Assembly: GCA_002490835.1 (NCBI GenBank)
Contig: DKUU01000020.1
Span: 5,696 to 69,695, forward strand
DNA length: 64,000 nt
Source: Lachnospiraceae bacterium UBA7196
Lineage (GTDB): Bacteria > Bacillota > Clostridia > Lachnospirales > Lachnospiraceae
Direction of reading: 5' to 3'
Part shown: positions 38,203 through 48,054 of the stretch, one piece after another
Position numbering within the stretch: position 1 is the first letter of the stretch
Layout of the letters: every line of letters starts with the position of its first letter
Translations under genes and position numbers: made by a program
The notes under the pieces: generated by a model
Database searches by the model: none
What the model saw: only the letters and a program-made list of their open reading frames with translations
What the model was told of the DNA's origin: nothing

Positions 38203-38580
38203 ATGGACGACAAATTCAGAAAGCAGTTGGAAGAAGGCGGTGCGGACGTGGAGACCACCTTGAAGCGCTTCATGGGAAACGACGCGATCTACCAGAAATT
38301 TCTGGGAAAGTTCCCCGCTGACCCGAACTACGCTAATCTGGGGATTCACATGGAGTCGGGAGCCTTTGAGGAAGCATACAAGTGTGCGCATGCCTTGAAG
38401 GGCGTGGTGGGCAATTTGGGTCTGACGCCGATCTTTAACAAAGTGTCCGATCTGGTAGAGGAGCTGCGCAACAAGGCGGCCGAAGAAGTGGATGCGGCCC
38501 GTGCGAACGAGTTATGGCAGGAGATCAAGGTGGTATATGAAAAATTTATCGCCATTATAAACGAGAACATCCCCCGGTAA
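38203..38580 (+). CDS. Stand-alone histidine phosphotransfer (Hpt) protein
   Basis: 125 aa, with GGAGG RBS. Canonical Hpt motif CAHALKGVVGNLGL. Confidence 0.8.
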   Translation: MDDKFRKQLEEGGADVETTLKRFMGNDAIYQKFLGKFPADPNYANLGIHMESGAFEEAYKCAHALKGVVGNLGLTPIFNKVSDLVEELRNKAAEEVDAARANELWQEIKVVYEKFIAIINENIPR

Positions 38581-38629
38581 TGAGGAATTTTTCGCTTATT
38601 GTCAGAAGATTTTCTGAGAGGAACTTACA

Positions 38630-40081
38630 ATGGAATTTGAATGGTTAAATTCCCGCATTGCGGACGAAACCATGGAACTTGTCCTTCTTTTCAACGAGGA
38701 GGGCAGTATTCTTTATGGCAATCAGGCGGCGGCGGCGAAGCTGGAATACGACGGGGATAAACTGGAAAAATGCAGTATGTCCCAGATCTTCCGGCAGGAC
38801 TTCCCCAATACGCACGACGGGTTTATTACCTTTGTTAAAAAGTGCATGAAGGGCGTCAAAGAGATGACCATGTACCGCAGCAACAATTCCTGTTTCTCGG
38901 TCAATGTCCGCATCTTTCCGGAAGATAAGACAGACGCTTATCTCCTTCTGGCGGAAGACATCTCGGCCCAGAAAAACATGAATATGCGCATCCGCGAACT
39001 CAAGGAGCGGGAGGAAGATAACTACCGTGCCAGAAATGAGTTTACCGCCAATGTGACGCATGAGCTGCGTACGCCGGTCAACGGCATCAAGGGGCATGTG
39101 CTGGAGCTGGTGGAGGAAGTTACGGATCCCGATCAGAAAAAGACGCTGGATATCGTTCTTAGCTGCTGTGACAATATGCTGACGATCATCAATGATATCC
39201 TCGATTTTGCGAAACTGGAATCCGGCAAGTTCGTGATCGATGAAAAACCCTTTGATTTTCAGGAGATGATGGATAAGGTGATCGCCACACACAGTGCGAC
39301 GGTCAATAAAAAAGAGCTGCACATGAGCGTGGACATCGATGAGAAGATTCCGAGAAAGCTGATCGGCGACGAGCTGCGGCTTACGCAGGTTCTTAATAAT
39401 CTTTTATCCAACGCCATAAAATTTACCATGGTTGGATATGTCAATGTGGTAGTTGGGATGACCAGACGGGTCAATGACGAAGTGGAGCTGTTCTTCATGG
39501 TGCGGGACAGCGGCATCGGCATCTCGCAGAAGGAACAGGACAGACTCTTCCAGAGTTTCAGTCAGGTGGACGCTTCCATCACCAGACGCTTCGGCGGCAC
39601 GGGACTGGGCCTTGCGATCACGAAACAATTGGTGGAGCTGATGCACGGCGACATCCATGTGGAGAGCGAGAAGGGGAAAGGAAGCGCCTTTTCTTTCTCG
39701 GTAAAGTTAAAGAGCGAGCAGATCCTCGACGAGGCGCAGAGTCAGGTCTATGTGAACTGGGAAGAATATGTGAAAGAAGGCGAGAACGGGAGCGTCGACC
39801 GCCTGATGCAGTTTGGCGAGGCGGAGAACCGCGAAGAACTCAAGAAACGTATGGATAAGCTGGTACTCTCCATCGAGATGGGCGCATGGGATAAGGCGGA
39901 ACTTCTGGCTTCCACCCTAAAGGCGCTCTTAGAGTCAGCGGGAGACGAGGACTTAAAGCGGCAGGTGCTGAGGATGGAGATGGCGATCCGCAAGTCGAAC
40001 TACGACAAGAGCGTGGAAATGTACGGCAAGCTGAAAGATGCGATCACGGAGCGGGTCGGCGATATCTGGAGCGCGGAGTAG
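38630..40081 (+). CDS. Cytoplasmic PAS histidine kinase with a C-terminal His-less Hpt-like tail
   Basis: No TM segment. PAS-like N-terminus. H-box is VTHELRTPVNGIKGH, N-box is LLSNAIKFT, G-box is GGTGLGLAITKQL. The last 100 aa or so are helical, with ASTLKALLESAG where an Hpt has AHxLKGxxxxxG. Confidence 0.87.
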   Translation: MEFEWLNSRIADETMELVLLFNEEGSILYGNQAAAAKLEYDGDKLEKCSMSQIFRQDFPNTHDGFITFVKKCMKGVKEMTMYRSNNSCFSVNVRIFPEDKTDAYLLLAEDISAQKNMNMRIRELKEREEDNYRARNEFTANVTHELRTPVNGIKGHVLELVEEVTDPDQKKTLDIVLSCCDNMLTIINDILDFAKLESGKFVIDEKPFDFQEMMDKVIATHSATVNKKELHMSVDIDEKIPRKLIGDELRLTQVLNNLLSNAIKFTMVGYVNVVVGMTRRVNDEVELFFMVRDSGIGISQKEQDRLFQSFSQVDASITRRFGGTGLGLAITKQLVELMHGDIHVESEKGKGSAFSFSVKLKSEQILDEAQSQVYVNWEEYVKEGENGSVDRLMQFGEAENREELKKRMDKLVLSIEMGAWDKAELLASTLKALLESAGDEDLKRQVLRMEMAIRKSNYDKSVEMYGKLKDAITERVGDIWSAE

Positions 40082-40103
40082 GCGGAATAAAAGGAGAACT
40101 GTG

Positions 40104-41165
40104 ATGGGGACGGAATATACCAATAAGAAAGCGCCCATGATCCTGATCGTGGACGACATCAGTGTGAATGTGACCATTCTGGAAAATATCCTCACCCACG
40201 AGGGTTATGAGACGATGACTGCCCTGAGTGTTCAGGAAGCGCTTACGCAGATCAAAAAAACGACGCCCGATCTGATCCTTTCCGATCTTTCCATGCCGGA
40301 GATCGACGGGCTGGAATTTTGCAGGATGCTGAAAAGCGATCAGCATACCAGAGACATTCCATTCATCTTTATCACGGTCTTAAACACCAGCAAAGAGAAG
40401 GAAGAGGCCTTTCTGGCGGGGGCGGTGGATTTTATTCCCAAGCCTTTTGATAATGTGGAGGTTCTCATGCGGGTGAGCAACCACTTAAGCATCTATCGAA
40501 TGCGTCAGGAGATGACGGACTATAACCGGATGATGCACAAGATGGTGGAGGAGCAGAAAAATCTCAATGAAAAGATCCATGCAAATGTGCTGCGGGCTCT
40601 TGCCAGACTGATGAAAAAGAAGGATCCCGAAAAGGGGACACACAGGTCGAACGTGGGTTATAACAGCAAGCTTTTGGCGCAGGGGATGCAGTTTTCTCCG
40701 GCTTATGAGGATGAGATCACGGACGAATTTATAGAAGCCATCGGCATCGCGGCCAGACTGCATGACGTAGGCAAATTCGTTCTGGAAGAGGAGCCGCCCA
40801 CAGAGGGTCCGGATCGGGACTATATCAAAAGATGTGTCGAGGAAGGCAGGGGCGTGATAGAAGAATTTGGCACCGAACAGGAAGAGGGCGGCGCGCTGGG
40901 GATGGCAAAGCAGATCGTTGCCTGCTGTTACGCGCACTGGGACGGCACGGGTTATCCGGTGATTTCCGGCGATGAGATCCCGTTGGCAGCGCGGATCGTA
41001 GCAGTAGTGGACGGGTTTGACGAGGCGACTGCGCCGGGAGAGGGGAAAAAGGTTTTATCTGTAGAAGAAGGCGTGGAATATATTACCAAAAATAGCGGCG
41101 TGTTGTACGATCCCGACGTTGTAGCGGTCTTTAAAAAGCTTTTTGGCCGGATGAGAACAAATTGA
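40104..41165 (+). CDS. Response regulator with a degenerate HD-GYP domain
   Basis: Start at ATG 40104, after AAGGAGA. REC motifs ILIVDD, ILSDLSMPEIDG and KP. RLHDVGK is retained, but the HHE(R/K)xDGxGYP motif reads YAHWDGTGYP. Confidence 0.8.
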   Translation: MGTEYTNKKAPMILIVDDISVNVTILENILTHEGYETMTALSVQEALTQIKKTTPDLILSDLSMPEIDGLEFCRMLKSDQHTRDIPFIFITVLNTSKEKEEAFLAGAVDFIPKPFDNVEVLMRVSNHLSIYRMRQEMTDYNRMMHKMVEEQKNLNEKIHANVLRALARLMKKKDPEKGTHRSNVGYNSKLLAQGMQFSPAYEDEITDEFIEAIGIAARLHDVGKFVLEEEPPTEGPDRDYIKRCVEEGRGVIEEFGTEQEEGGALGMAKQIVACCYAHWDGTGYPVISGDEIPLAARIVAVVDGFDEATAPGEGKKVLSVEEGVEYITKNSGVLYDPDVVAVFKKLFGRMRTN

Positions 41166-41220
41166 CTTTTGTTTGATTCTATGGTTTAATTAAAGATGGT
41201 AATTTGGGGAGGCGAAAGAA

Positions 41221-42024
41221 GTGATCACCGACAGTGAATTTAAGCGGATCGTCGGATATGTTCACAAACATTACGGCATCGATCTGAGTCAAAAAAAGGT
41301 TTTGGTGGGCGGAAGACTGGAGAACTATCTGGCCCGCAACGGTTACGCAAATTACGATGAGTTTATGGAGAAGGTGGAGAAGAATCCCAAGGGCAGTGAA
41401 TCCACGGATCTGGTCAACATTCTCACCACCAACCATACATATTTCATGCGCGAGAGCGAACATTTTGATTTCCTGAAGAATGTGGCGCTTCCCTGGGCAA
41501 AGGCCAAGGCCATGAACACGAGGGATTTAAGAGTCTGGTGCGGCGCTTCTTCTACGGGAGAAGAACCATACACGATGGCGATGATCATCAAAGACTTTTT
41601 CGCTATGGAGCGTCCGGCATGGGATACGAGACTGTTGGCGACGGACATCTCCATGCGGGTTTTGGATCATGCGGCGAAGGGCGTGTACCTGCAGGAGCAT
41701 ATCGATCCGCTGCCGGCGTCATGGAAGAAACGCTACTTTAAGCAGCTTAACGAAGAAGAATTCCGGGTAAAGGACGAGTTGAAAAAAGAGGTGATCTTCA
41801 GGCAGTTCAATCTGATGGATCCCATTCCATTTAAAAAGAAGTTTCATATCGTATTTTTAAGGAACGTAATGATTTACTTTCAGGATGATATCAAGTATCC
41901 GCTCATCGAACGGATCTACGATCATATGGAGCCGGGAGGCTATCTTTTCATCGGTCTGACGGAGAGGCTGGACCGCCAGAAAGTAAAGTTTAATTACGTT
42001 CAGCCATCAATCTATAGAAAGTAG
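41221..42024 (+). CDS. cheR: Chemotaxis protein methyltransferase
   Basis: GTG start after GGGGAGG. N-terminal helical domain. SAM-binding motif VWCGASSTGEEPYTMAM, plus FLRNVMIYF. Confidence 0.9.
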   Translation: MITDSEFKRIVGYVHKHYGIDLSQKKVLVGGRLENYLARNGYANYDEFMEKVEKNPKGSESTDLVNILTTNHTYFMRESEHFDFLKNVALPWAKAKAMNTRDLRVWCGASSTGEEPYTMAMIIKDFFAMERPAWDTRLLATDISMRVLDHAAKGVYLQEHIDPLPASWKKRYFKQLNEEEFRVKDELKKEVIFRQFNLMDPIPFKKKFHIVFLRNVMIYFQDDIKYPLIERIYDHMEPGGYLFIGLTERLDRQKVKFNYVQPSIYRK

Positions 42025-42035
42025 GGAATCGGAAT

Positions 42036-43061
42036 ATGATGCCTATCAGAGTATTGGTCGTTGACGATTCGCTGATGTTCCGTAAGCTTCTGGTAAAAGC
42101 TTTGAACGCGGATCCGAATATTGAAGTCGTGGCGGATGTGGAGGATGTCTATCAGGCGCGGGACGCCATTTTGAAATTTAAACCGGATGTAATGACGCTG
42201 GATGTGGAGATGCCGAAGATGAACGGTATCGAGTTTTTGCGGAGGCTGATGCCGCAGTATCCCCTTCCCGTCGTTATGATCAGTTCCTTAAACGATAAGG
42301 TCTTCGATGCGCTGGAGGCGGGTGCAGTCGATTTTGTTAACAAGCCTACGAATTTAAATCAGGCTCAGTTAAACGACTTCCTCTCGCAGGAATTGGCGGC
42401 GAAGGTCAAGATCGCTTCCACCGCAAAGGTCGGAAAGCTGAAACGGGCGGAAGCCACTTCTATCATGGGACATATCAGCGCGGCGGGCGGTAAGGACCGG
42501 ATCGTGGCGATTGGCGCGTCCACAGGAGGCACCGAGGCTATCTTCGAGGTAGTCAAACGCTTTAAGAGAGACATTCCGGGCGTTGTCATCGTACAGCACA
42601 TGCCGCCCGGTTTTACCAAGATGTATGCTGACCGCCTGAATAATTCATGCGAGGTGGCTGTCAAGGAAGCGCAGAGCGGCGACCGTGTCCTGCAGGGACA
42701 GGTGCTGATCGCGCCGGGAGACAGGCAGATGAAGCTTGTCAAAGTAAACGGCGTCTATCAGGTAGAGTGCAGGGGCACCGAGAAGGTGAGCGGACATTGC
42801 CCTTCCGTGGACGTATTGTTTTCCTCGGTGGCGAAGGCGGCCGGGAATAAGGCAGTCGGCGTCATCCTTACAGGTATGGGAGGCGACGGCGCGAAGGGAC
42901 TTTTGGAGATGCGGCAGGCCGGCGCGCTGACGGTAGGACAGGACGAAGCGACCTGCGTCGTCTACGGGATGCCTAAGGTGGCTTTCGACATAGGGGCCGT
43001 ACAGCAGCAAGCGCCGATCACGGCAATCGCAGGGAAGGTTTATAACCTGTTGAGCAAATAG
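42036..43061 (+). CDS. cheB: Chemotaxis response regulator protein-glutamate methylesterase
   Basis: REC motifs IRVLVVDDS and MTLDVEMPKMNG. Esterase motifs GASTGG, IVQHMPPGFT and GMGGDGA. Confidence 0.92.
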   Translation: MMPIRVLVVDDSLMFRKLLVKALNADPNIEVVADVEDVYQARDAILKFKPDVMTLDVEMPKMNGIEFLRRLMPQYPLPVVMISSLNDKVFDALEAGAVDFVNKPTNLNQAQLNDFLSQELAAKVKIASTAKVGKLKRAEATSIMGHISAAGGKDRIVAIGASTGGTEAIFEVVKRFKRDIPGVVIVQHMPPGFTKMYADRLNNSCEVAVKEAQSGDRVLQGQVLIAPGDRQMKLVKVNGVYQVECRGTEKVSGHCPSVDVLFSSVAKAAGNKAVGVILTGMGGDGAKGLLEMRQAGALTVGQDEATCVVYGMPKVAFDIGAVQQQAPITAIAGKVYNLLSK

Positions 43062-43111
43062 ATTTTACAGAGGATTGTAACAGAAAATTAAAAGAAAGGA
43101 GCTGGGCGCAG

Positions 43112-43504
43112 ATGAAGATTTTATTGGCTGAGGACGATTTCGCCAGCCGCAAATTTATGGACAAACAGCTATCGCGCTACGGAGAATGTGACGTGATGGT
43201 GGATGGCGAAGAAGCAGTGGATGCATTTATGATGGCGCTGGAGGATGGAGAGCCTTACGATCTGGCCTGCCTCGACGTGATGATGCCGGTTATGGACGGC
43301 TATCAGGTATTGAAAGCGATCCGCGACATTGAGGCGCAGAAAGGCATTCCCAAGAGCAAGCGCGTCAAGGTGATTATGACCACGGCGTTAAACGATGAGC
43401 GCAATGTCAAGATGGCGTTCGAGCTTGGATGCGAAGCCTATGCCGGGAAACCGATAGATGTGGAAAAGTTTGAAAAGGTTTTAAAGAAGCTGGGGCTGAT
43501 TTAG
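43112..43504 (+). CDS. cheY: Single-domain CheY-like receiver
   Basis: 130 aa. Motifs KILLAEDD, ACLDVMMPVMDG, MTTAL and GKP. Confidence 0.85.
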   Translation: MKILLAEDDFASRKFMDKQLSRYGECDVMVDGEEAVDAFMMALEDGEPYDLACLDVMMPVMDGYQVLKAIRDIEAQKGIPKSKRVKVIMTTALNDERNVKMAFELGCEAYAGKPIDVEKFEKVLKKLGLI

Positions 43505-43529
43505 GAAATCTTTAAGGTTAGGAGGAAGT

Positions 43530-45662
43530 ATGGCAGAAGAATTCAACACAGACAGTATGCTAGACATGTTTTTGTACGAGAGCGGCCAGCTTTTGGAAAA
43601 ACTGGAAGGCATCATATTAGAAAAACAGGATGCAGACTGCTTTGATGATTCCGATATCAATGAGATCTTCCGTGTCATGCACACCATCAAAGGTTCCTCA
43701 GGCGTTTTGATGTATGAGAACATTACCAAGGTAACCCATAAACTGGAAGATGTATTTTACTACCTGAGAGAATCCCATCCGGACGACGTACCGCACATGG
43801 AACTGGTGGAGAAGGTACTTGCCGTGTCAGATTTTGTGACAGGGGAGCTTGACAAACTCAAGAGCGGAGAGACCCCTGATGGTGATGAAAAGCAGCTTGT
43901 AGAGGATTTGGACGAGTTTCTTAGCCGCCTGAAGGGCGAGATCAAGAAACAGGGCATCGAGATGCCGCAGGCGAACAGGCATGTGGAGCCGACGCAGTTC
44001 TACATCACGCCCGTGGCGGGGGATGACAGTCATTTTTATCGGATTTCGATCCATTATCGAAGCGATACGCAGATGAGTAATCTGAGGGCGTATTCGGCTA
44101 CCTATGCCCTGAAAGAGGTGGCGGAGGATCTGCTCTATACGCCGGACGACATTCTTTCCAACGAGGCCAGCGCCGATGTGATTGTAGCCGAAGGCTTTCA
44201 TATGCTGCTGCAGACGAAGAGCTCCAAGGAGGAAGTCATCGCGCTGATCGACAGCTCGGAGGCGGAGGAGATCAATTTCGACGAGCTTACGAAGGAAGAA
44301 TACGGCAACGCACTCGGCGAGTTTGGCAGAGAGGACGCGATGCCGGCCGCGCAGCCTGCAGAGGCGGCCAAGGCGGACGATAAAGAGGCCAAAAAGGAAG
44401 GCCCGAAGCCCGGCGACTATGTGGTCAAGACCAAGGAAGCCGGTAAAGGTAAGACGCTTGCGAAGAACCAGCCGAAGCAGCAGAGCATCATCAGCGTGAA
44501 CGTGGAGAAGATGGATGCGCTGATGGATCTGATCGGTGAGCTCGTTATTGCGGAGGCGGTGGTCTTACAGAACCCCGACCTGAAGGTGCCGGGACTGGAG
44601 CTTTCTAACTTCCAGAAAGCGTCCGGACAGCTCTCCAAGATCACTACGGAGCTGCAGGAAGTCATTATGTCGATGCGCATGATGCCGCTGACCAATGTCT
44701 TCCAGAAGATGAGGAGAATCGTCTTCGACGTGTCCAGAAAGCTTGGCAAGGATATCGAGCTTGAGGTGATCGGTGAGAACACGGAAGTGGATAAAAATAT
44801 CATCGAGCATATCACCGATCCGTTGATGCACCTTGTAAGAAACTCGGTGGATCACGGTATCGAGGAGAATGCGGCGGATCGTACCTCGATCGGCAAGCCG
44901 GCCAAAGGAAAGATTACGCTGGAGGCCAAGAACGAGGGCGGCAAGGTTTATATCAGCGTCAAGGACGACGGCAAGGGCTTAAATAAAGAGAAATTGTACC
45001 AAAAAGCATTGGAGAAGGGCGTCATCGAGAACAAGCCGATGAACGAGTTTTCAGATAAGGAGATTTTCCGTTTTATTACGCTGCCGGGCTTTTCCACCAA
45101 GGAAGAGGTCACGGAGTATTCCGGCAGAGGCGTCGGTATGGACGTGGTGGTCAAGAACATTCAGACCATCAGCGGAAGACTCGATATCTCCAGTGTGGAG
45201 TTTGAAGGATCCGAGATGACTTTGGTGATCCCGCTGACGCTGGCGATCATCAACGGCATCGTTGTACAGGTAGGTAATTCCCCGTTTGTGATTGAGACGG
45301 CTTCGATCAAGGAATTTGTGCGAGTGGGTGAGGATGATCTCATTCATGAACCGAGCGGCGAGGAATATATTGTGTTAAGAGGCGAATGTTATCCTTTTAT
45401 CCGCCTGAACGAAAAGTATGATCTGCCTGATTCGATCAATAAGATCGAAGAGGGAATCATCGTGGTGTTAGAGCATGAAGGCAGTCAGGTATGCGTTCTG
45501 ATCGATAAGCTGCTGCAGGAACAGGAGATCGTGGTCAAACCGATCCCGTCCTATGTCAGAAAGGTCAAAGGTCTTTCGGGCTGTACGCAGTTAGGAGACG
45601 GAAGCATTGCGCTGATCCTTGATATCGCCGGACTGCTGATGCACGACGGAGAAAGGAGATAG
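43530..45662 (+). CDS. cheA: Chemotaxis histidine kinase CheA
   Basis: P1 Hpt domain has FRVMHTIKGSSG. P3 dimerisation domain. P4 has HLVRNSVDHGIE and GRGVGMDVV. P5 is a CheW-like domain. Confidence 0.95.
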   Translation: MAEEFNTDSMLDMFLYESGQLLEKLEGIILEKQDADCFDDSDINEIFRVMHTIKGSSGVLMYENITKVTHKLEDVFYYLRESHPDDVPHMELVEKVLAVSDFVTGELDKLKSGETPDGDEKQLVEDLDEFLSRLKGEIKKQGIEMPQANRHVEPTQFYITPVAGDDSHFYRISIHYRSDTQMSNLRAYSATYALKEVAEDLLYTPDDILSNEASADVIVAEGFHMLLQTKSSKEEVIALIDSSEAEEINFDELTKEEYGNALGEFGREDAMPAAQPAEAAKADDKEAKKEGPKPGDYVVKTKEAGKGKTLAKNQPKQQSIISVNVEKMDALMDLIGELVIAEAVVLQNPDLKVPGLELSNFQKASGQLSKITTELQEVIMSMRMMPLTNVFQKMRRIVFDVSRKLGKDIELEVIGENTEVDKNIIEHITDPLMHLVRNSVDHGIEENAADRTSIGKPAKGKITLEAKNEGGKVYISVKDDGKGLNKEKLYQKALEKGVIENKPMNEFSDKEIFRFITLPGFSTKEEVTEYSGRGVGMDVVVKNIQTISGRLDISSVEFEGSEMTLVIPLTLAIINGIVVQVGNSPFVIETASIKEFVRVGEDDLIHEPSGEEYIVLRGECYPFIRLNEKYDLPDSINKIEEGIIVVLEHEGSQVCVLIDKLLQEQEIVVKPIPSYVRKVKGLSGCTQLGDGSIALILDIAGLLMHDGERR

Positions 45663-45665
45663 TAC

Positions 45666-46208
45666 ATGGCTGAAGAGTTATTGAAAAATGAAGAAACAGA
45701 TGAAATGGATGAGCTGATGGAAGAGGATGATTCTCAAAAAGGGATGTTCATGATATTCCAGATCGGCAAAGAGTTCTTCGGTATCAGCATCAGCTATGTG
45801 AATGAGATCATTGCGATGCAGCCGATCGCGGCGATCCCTGAGGTAGACGACTACATCAAGGGACTGATCAATCTCCGGGGCAAGATCATTCCTGTGATCG
45901 ACGTCCGTACCCGATTTAAGATGGAACCGTGCGAATATACGGACAGGACGTGTATTATTGTCATCGATGTAAAAACGACCATGATCGGTCTGATCGTGGA
46001 GAAATTGGCGGATGTGGATACGATTGCCGAAGACAATATCGCACCGCCGCCGTCTCTTGGAAGGAAAGAGCACGAGCATAACAAATATGTGTACGGGCTG
46101 GCCAGAACAGGAGATACGGTAACGCTGCTTCTCGATCCGGAGAAGCTGATCAAACAGGATGATATCGTGGCTGTGGTAGAAGAAAGCCGTAAGGAAGAAC
46201 AATCATAA
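45666..46208 (+). CDS. cheW: Chemotaxis coupling protein CheW
   Basis: Starts 3 nt after the cheA stop. CheW fold motifs FGISISYVNEI and INLRGKIIPVIDVR. Confidence 0.9.
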   Translation: MAEELLKNEETDEMDELMEEDDSQKGMFMIFQIGKEFFGISISYVNEIIAMQPIAAIPEVDDYIKGLINLRGKIIPVIDVRTRFKMEPCEYTDRTCIIVIDVKTTMIGLIVEKLADVDTIAEDNIAPPPSLGRKEHEHNKYVYGLARTGDTVTLLLDPEKLIKQDDIVAVVEESRKEEQS

Positions 46209-46223
46209 AAAGGAGAGATTACC

Positions 46224-48008
46224 ATGAAGAAGAAATTTTCAATTAGTGACATGACTGTCAAGAACAAAATTACTTTGTTTAGCGTATTGTTGCTGGGTCT
46301 GATGCTCATCATTTCGGCAGTGGGTATCTGGTCCTCCAACATGGTAAACAAGGCGCGGACGAGTCTGAACAACAGCGCACTGGCACAGTATGATGTGACG
46401 CAGGGATTTGCTGATTTTTGTAATATCAAGGTTCGTGTGCGTAACATCCTGTTTGCCTACTACGATGATGCGGATGCGTTAAAGCAGCAGGAGCAGATGA
46501 TTGAGTCCTACAAGACGGATGCGAGAAAGTATCTGGACCTTTTCGAGAACAGAATGGGGAGTTTACCTGTAGAGATCCAGAACCAGTATCAGGAAGTGGA
46601 GGATAAGATCAATTCCTGGTATGAATCCACACAGACAGATATCGATCTGGCGAAAGCCGGCAAGGTGGATGAAGCGATCAACGATCTGATGACCAACGGC
46701 AAGGCGATCGCGGACGATGTGGAGGAGACGCTGACGGAGCTGATCACCGCAATCGAAACAGACACCAAGGCAAAGGAAGTGACGATCCAGCAGCAGCTTA
46801 CCGGACTGACCATCCTGCAGGCGGCAGTTGTGATTCTGGCAGTCCTGATCACCATCATGTACTGTCTGTTCCTGATCAAGGCGATTACCAAGCCGATGGC
46901 GAAGCTGTCCGAGGCGGCTAAGAAGATGACCATGGGCGATATCGATGTAGACTGTGAGAAAATCAACAATGACGATCTGGGCGAGCTGTTAGACGAGTTT
47001 GCACAGATGGCACAGGCGATCAAAGAGCAGACCAAGATCACGGAAGCAATCTCTCACGGCGATCTGACCAGAGAGGCGAAACCGAGAAGCGACAGGGACG
47101 TGCTGGGCAAGGCAATCGTCAGACTGCTTTCCGAGAACAACATGACGCTGAGCAACGTAAAAGAGGCGAGCGCACAGATTACGGTCGGTTCCGAGCAGGT
47201 GGCAAATGCCAGTCAGGCATTGGCGCAGGGTTCTACCGAGCAGGCAAGCGCGATCCAGCAGGTGACCGCTTCTATGGACGAAGTGACACAGCGTACCAAG
47301 GCGAATGCGACGCAGGCAGGCGAGGCAAATGTGCTTGTTAACAATATCAAAGAAATGGCGGCATCCGGCAATGAGCAGATGAAGTCCATGATCGGTGCGA
47401 TGGATGATATCAACGCATCCTCCGAGACGATCTCCAAGATTATTAAGACGATTGACGATATTGCATTCCAGACCAATATTCTGGCTCTGAATGCAGCGGT
47501 TGAGGCAGCGAGAGCAGGCGTACACGGCAAGGGCTTTGCAGTGGTGGCTGAGGAAGTGAGAAGTCTGGCAGCGAAGAGTGCGGCTGCGGCAAGCGAGACG
47601 GCTGAGATGATCGACGATACGATCCATAAAGTCGGCAACGGTACAAGAATCGCGCAGGATACGGCGAAGTCTCTTGACGAGATCGTAACCTCTATCGATG
47701 AGATCGTAGGACTGATCAGCAACATTACCTCTTCTTCCAACGATCAGGCAACGGCGATCTCCCAGATCGATCAGGCGATCTCTCAGGTATCTACCGTGGT
47801 ACAGACCAATGCGGCTACCAGTCAGGAATGTGCGGCGGCCAGCGAAGAGCTGTCGAATCAGGCAATCACTTTGAAGAACCTGATGGCGAAGTACCAGTTG
47901 GCGGCGGATTCTTACAGCAACAGCTTTGTGGCCGACAACAGTATCTCCGCAGCGTCGCATGACGACGAGCCTACGATCTCTTTGGATGGCGATTATGGGA
48001 AATATTAA
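46224..48008 (+). CDS. Methyl-accepting chemotaxis protein
   Basis: TM1, helical sensor of about 160 aa, TM2, HAMP domain. Signalling hairpin has [20 protein letters not shown]. Confidence 0.92.
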   Translation: MKKKFSISDMTVKNKITLFSVLLLGLMLIISAVGIWSSNMVNKARTSLNNSALAQYDVTQGFADFCNIKVRVRNILFAYYDDADALKQQEQMIESYKTDARKYLDLFENRMGSLPVEIQNQYQEVEDKINSWYESTQTDIDLAKAGKVDEAINDLMTNGKAIADDVEETLTELITAIETDTKAKEVTIQQQLTGLTILQAAVVILAVLITIMYCLFLIKAITKPMAKLSEAAKKMTMGDIDVDCEKINNDDLGELLDEFAQMAQAIKEQTKITEAISHGDLTREAKPRSDRDVLGKAIVRLLSENNMTLSNVKEASAQITVGSEQVANASQALAQGSTEQASAIQQVTASMDEVTQRTKANATQAGEANVLVNNIKEMAASGNEQMKSMIGAMDDINASSETISKIIKTIDDIAFQTNILALNAAVEAARAGVHGKGFAVVAEEVRSLAAKSAAAASETAEMIDDTIHKVGNGTRIAQDTAKSLDEIVTSIDEIVGLISNITSSSNDQATAISQIDQAISQVSTVVQTNAATSQECAAASEELSNQAITLKNLMAKYQLAADSYSNSFVADNSISAASHDDEPTISLDGDYGKY

Positions 48009-48054
48009 GAAGCGGCAGAACATAGAAAATAGAGCATGAGAGAGATGTTGGGAC

